From Octopus sinensis (taxonomy: Eukaryota), in contig NC_043007.1 of assembly GCF_006345805.1 (NCBI RefSeq), forward strand, positions 22,134,001 to 22,198,000: a DNA stretch of 64,000 bases, in the 5' to 3' direction. Both the position numbers and the translations under genes were made by a program. Under the pieces are notes generated by a model that saw only the letters and a program-made list of their open reading frames with translations, searched no databases and was not told the DNA's origin. Below, piece by piece: positions 62,882 through 64,000 of the stretch. The number at the start of each line of letters is the position of its first letter. Positions within the stretch are counted from its first letter, which is position 1.

Positions 62882-64000
62882 TATGTTAAGGGTATGTGTG
62901 TCTGTGGAGTGATCAGCCACTTGCACGTTAATTTCATGAGCAGGGTGTTCCACTGATTACATCAACTGGAACCCTTGTAACCAATGCTGTGCCAGTTTCA
63001 AAGAAAGCATGGAAAAGTAGATGTTAAAATAGTAATGATATATAAATTCTCAAATTAATTAGAACTTTTCTATTTAATTTATTTATTACAAAAAAACAAT
63101 GGATAATAAGAAAAAAAAATTATTCTTATATTTGGGAAGTGGTGGTGCCATGCTGTGCTGGTGCCACATAAAAAGTACCCAGTTCACTCTAAACTGGTTG
63201 GCATTAAGAAGGGCATCAAGCCATGGCAACCATACCAAAACAATGTCACCTGGTGTGGCTCTCTGTCTTGCCAGTTACTGTCAAACTGTCCAACCCATGC
63301 CAGCATGAAAAACAGACACTAAATAATGATGATTTCATAATTGATAACACCTACAAACATTCTTACTGATTCTTGCTTTACTCTTTTACTTGTTTCAGTC
63401 ATTTGACTGCGGCCATGCTGGAGCACCGCCTTTAATCGAGCAACTCGACCCCAGGACTTATTCTTTGTAAGCCCAGTACTTATTCTATCGGTCTCTTTTG
63501 CCGAACCGCTAAGTGACGGGGATGTAAACACACCTTGTCTATATTTCATTTGCTTTTTCCAAAACAAGTTTATGTTGTCTCCAAAATATCTTTTTCTACA
63601 CCAATCTATACTTTTTCAATGGGTTGGAATTTAAAAAAAAATTTTGTTTCCAAATAATATTTTTACTGATAAATCTCCATAGTAGATTAAGGTGGCAAGC
63701 TGGCAGAATCGTTAGCAGCCGGGCGAAAATGCGTAGCCGTATTTCGTCTGCCGTTACGTACCGAGTTCAAAGTTTGCCGAGGTCGACTTTGCCTTTCATC
63801 CATTCGGGGTCGATAAATTAAGTACCAGTTACACACTGGAGTCGATGTAATCAACTTAATCTGTTTGTCTGTCCTTGTTTGTCCTCTCTATGTTTAGCCC
63901 CTTGTGGGTAGTAAAGAAATAGGTATTTCGTCTGCTGCTACGTTCTGAGTTCAAATTCCGCCAAGATCGACTTTGCCTTTCATCCTTTCAGGATTGATAA

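Overview
AT-rich, microsatellite- and retroposon-dense eukaryotic genomic DNA. The repeat landscape suggests an octopus (inference, no database search run). Three protein-coding genes were reconstructed by hand. (1) An intronless LBR/TM7SF2-family delta14-sterol reductase (17200-18495, minus, 431 aa). (2) Head-to-head with it across 331 bp, a 13-exon PPP2R3C (PP2A B''gamma; 18827-50388, plus, 462 aa) whose 76-nt exon 10 lies in a near-identical 1.45-kb tandem duplication. (3) A convergent GPX1/2-like glutathione peroxidase (54041-55546, minus, 190 aa) with an in-frame TGA at the active site, which the ORF track misses. The rest is mostly mobile DNA: four tRNA-headed SINE families, RTE, CR1 and REL-type LINE pieces, a mariner family, Helitron-like, piggyBac-like and pogo-like non-autonomous elements, and several foldbacks. 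The most novel signals are hammerhead ribozyme motifs: a complete type I fold at 1834-1923, and a minimal one inside a tRNA-headed SINE-like element at 38656-38917. All structures were paired by eye.
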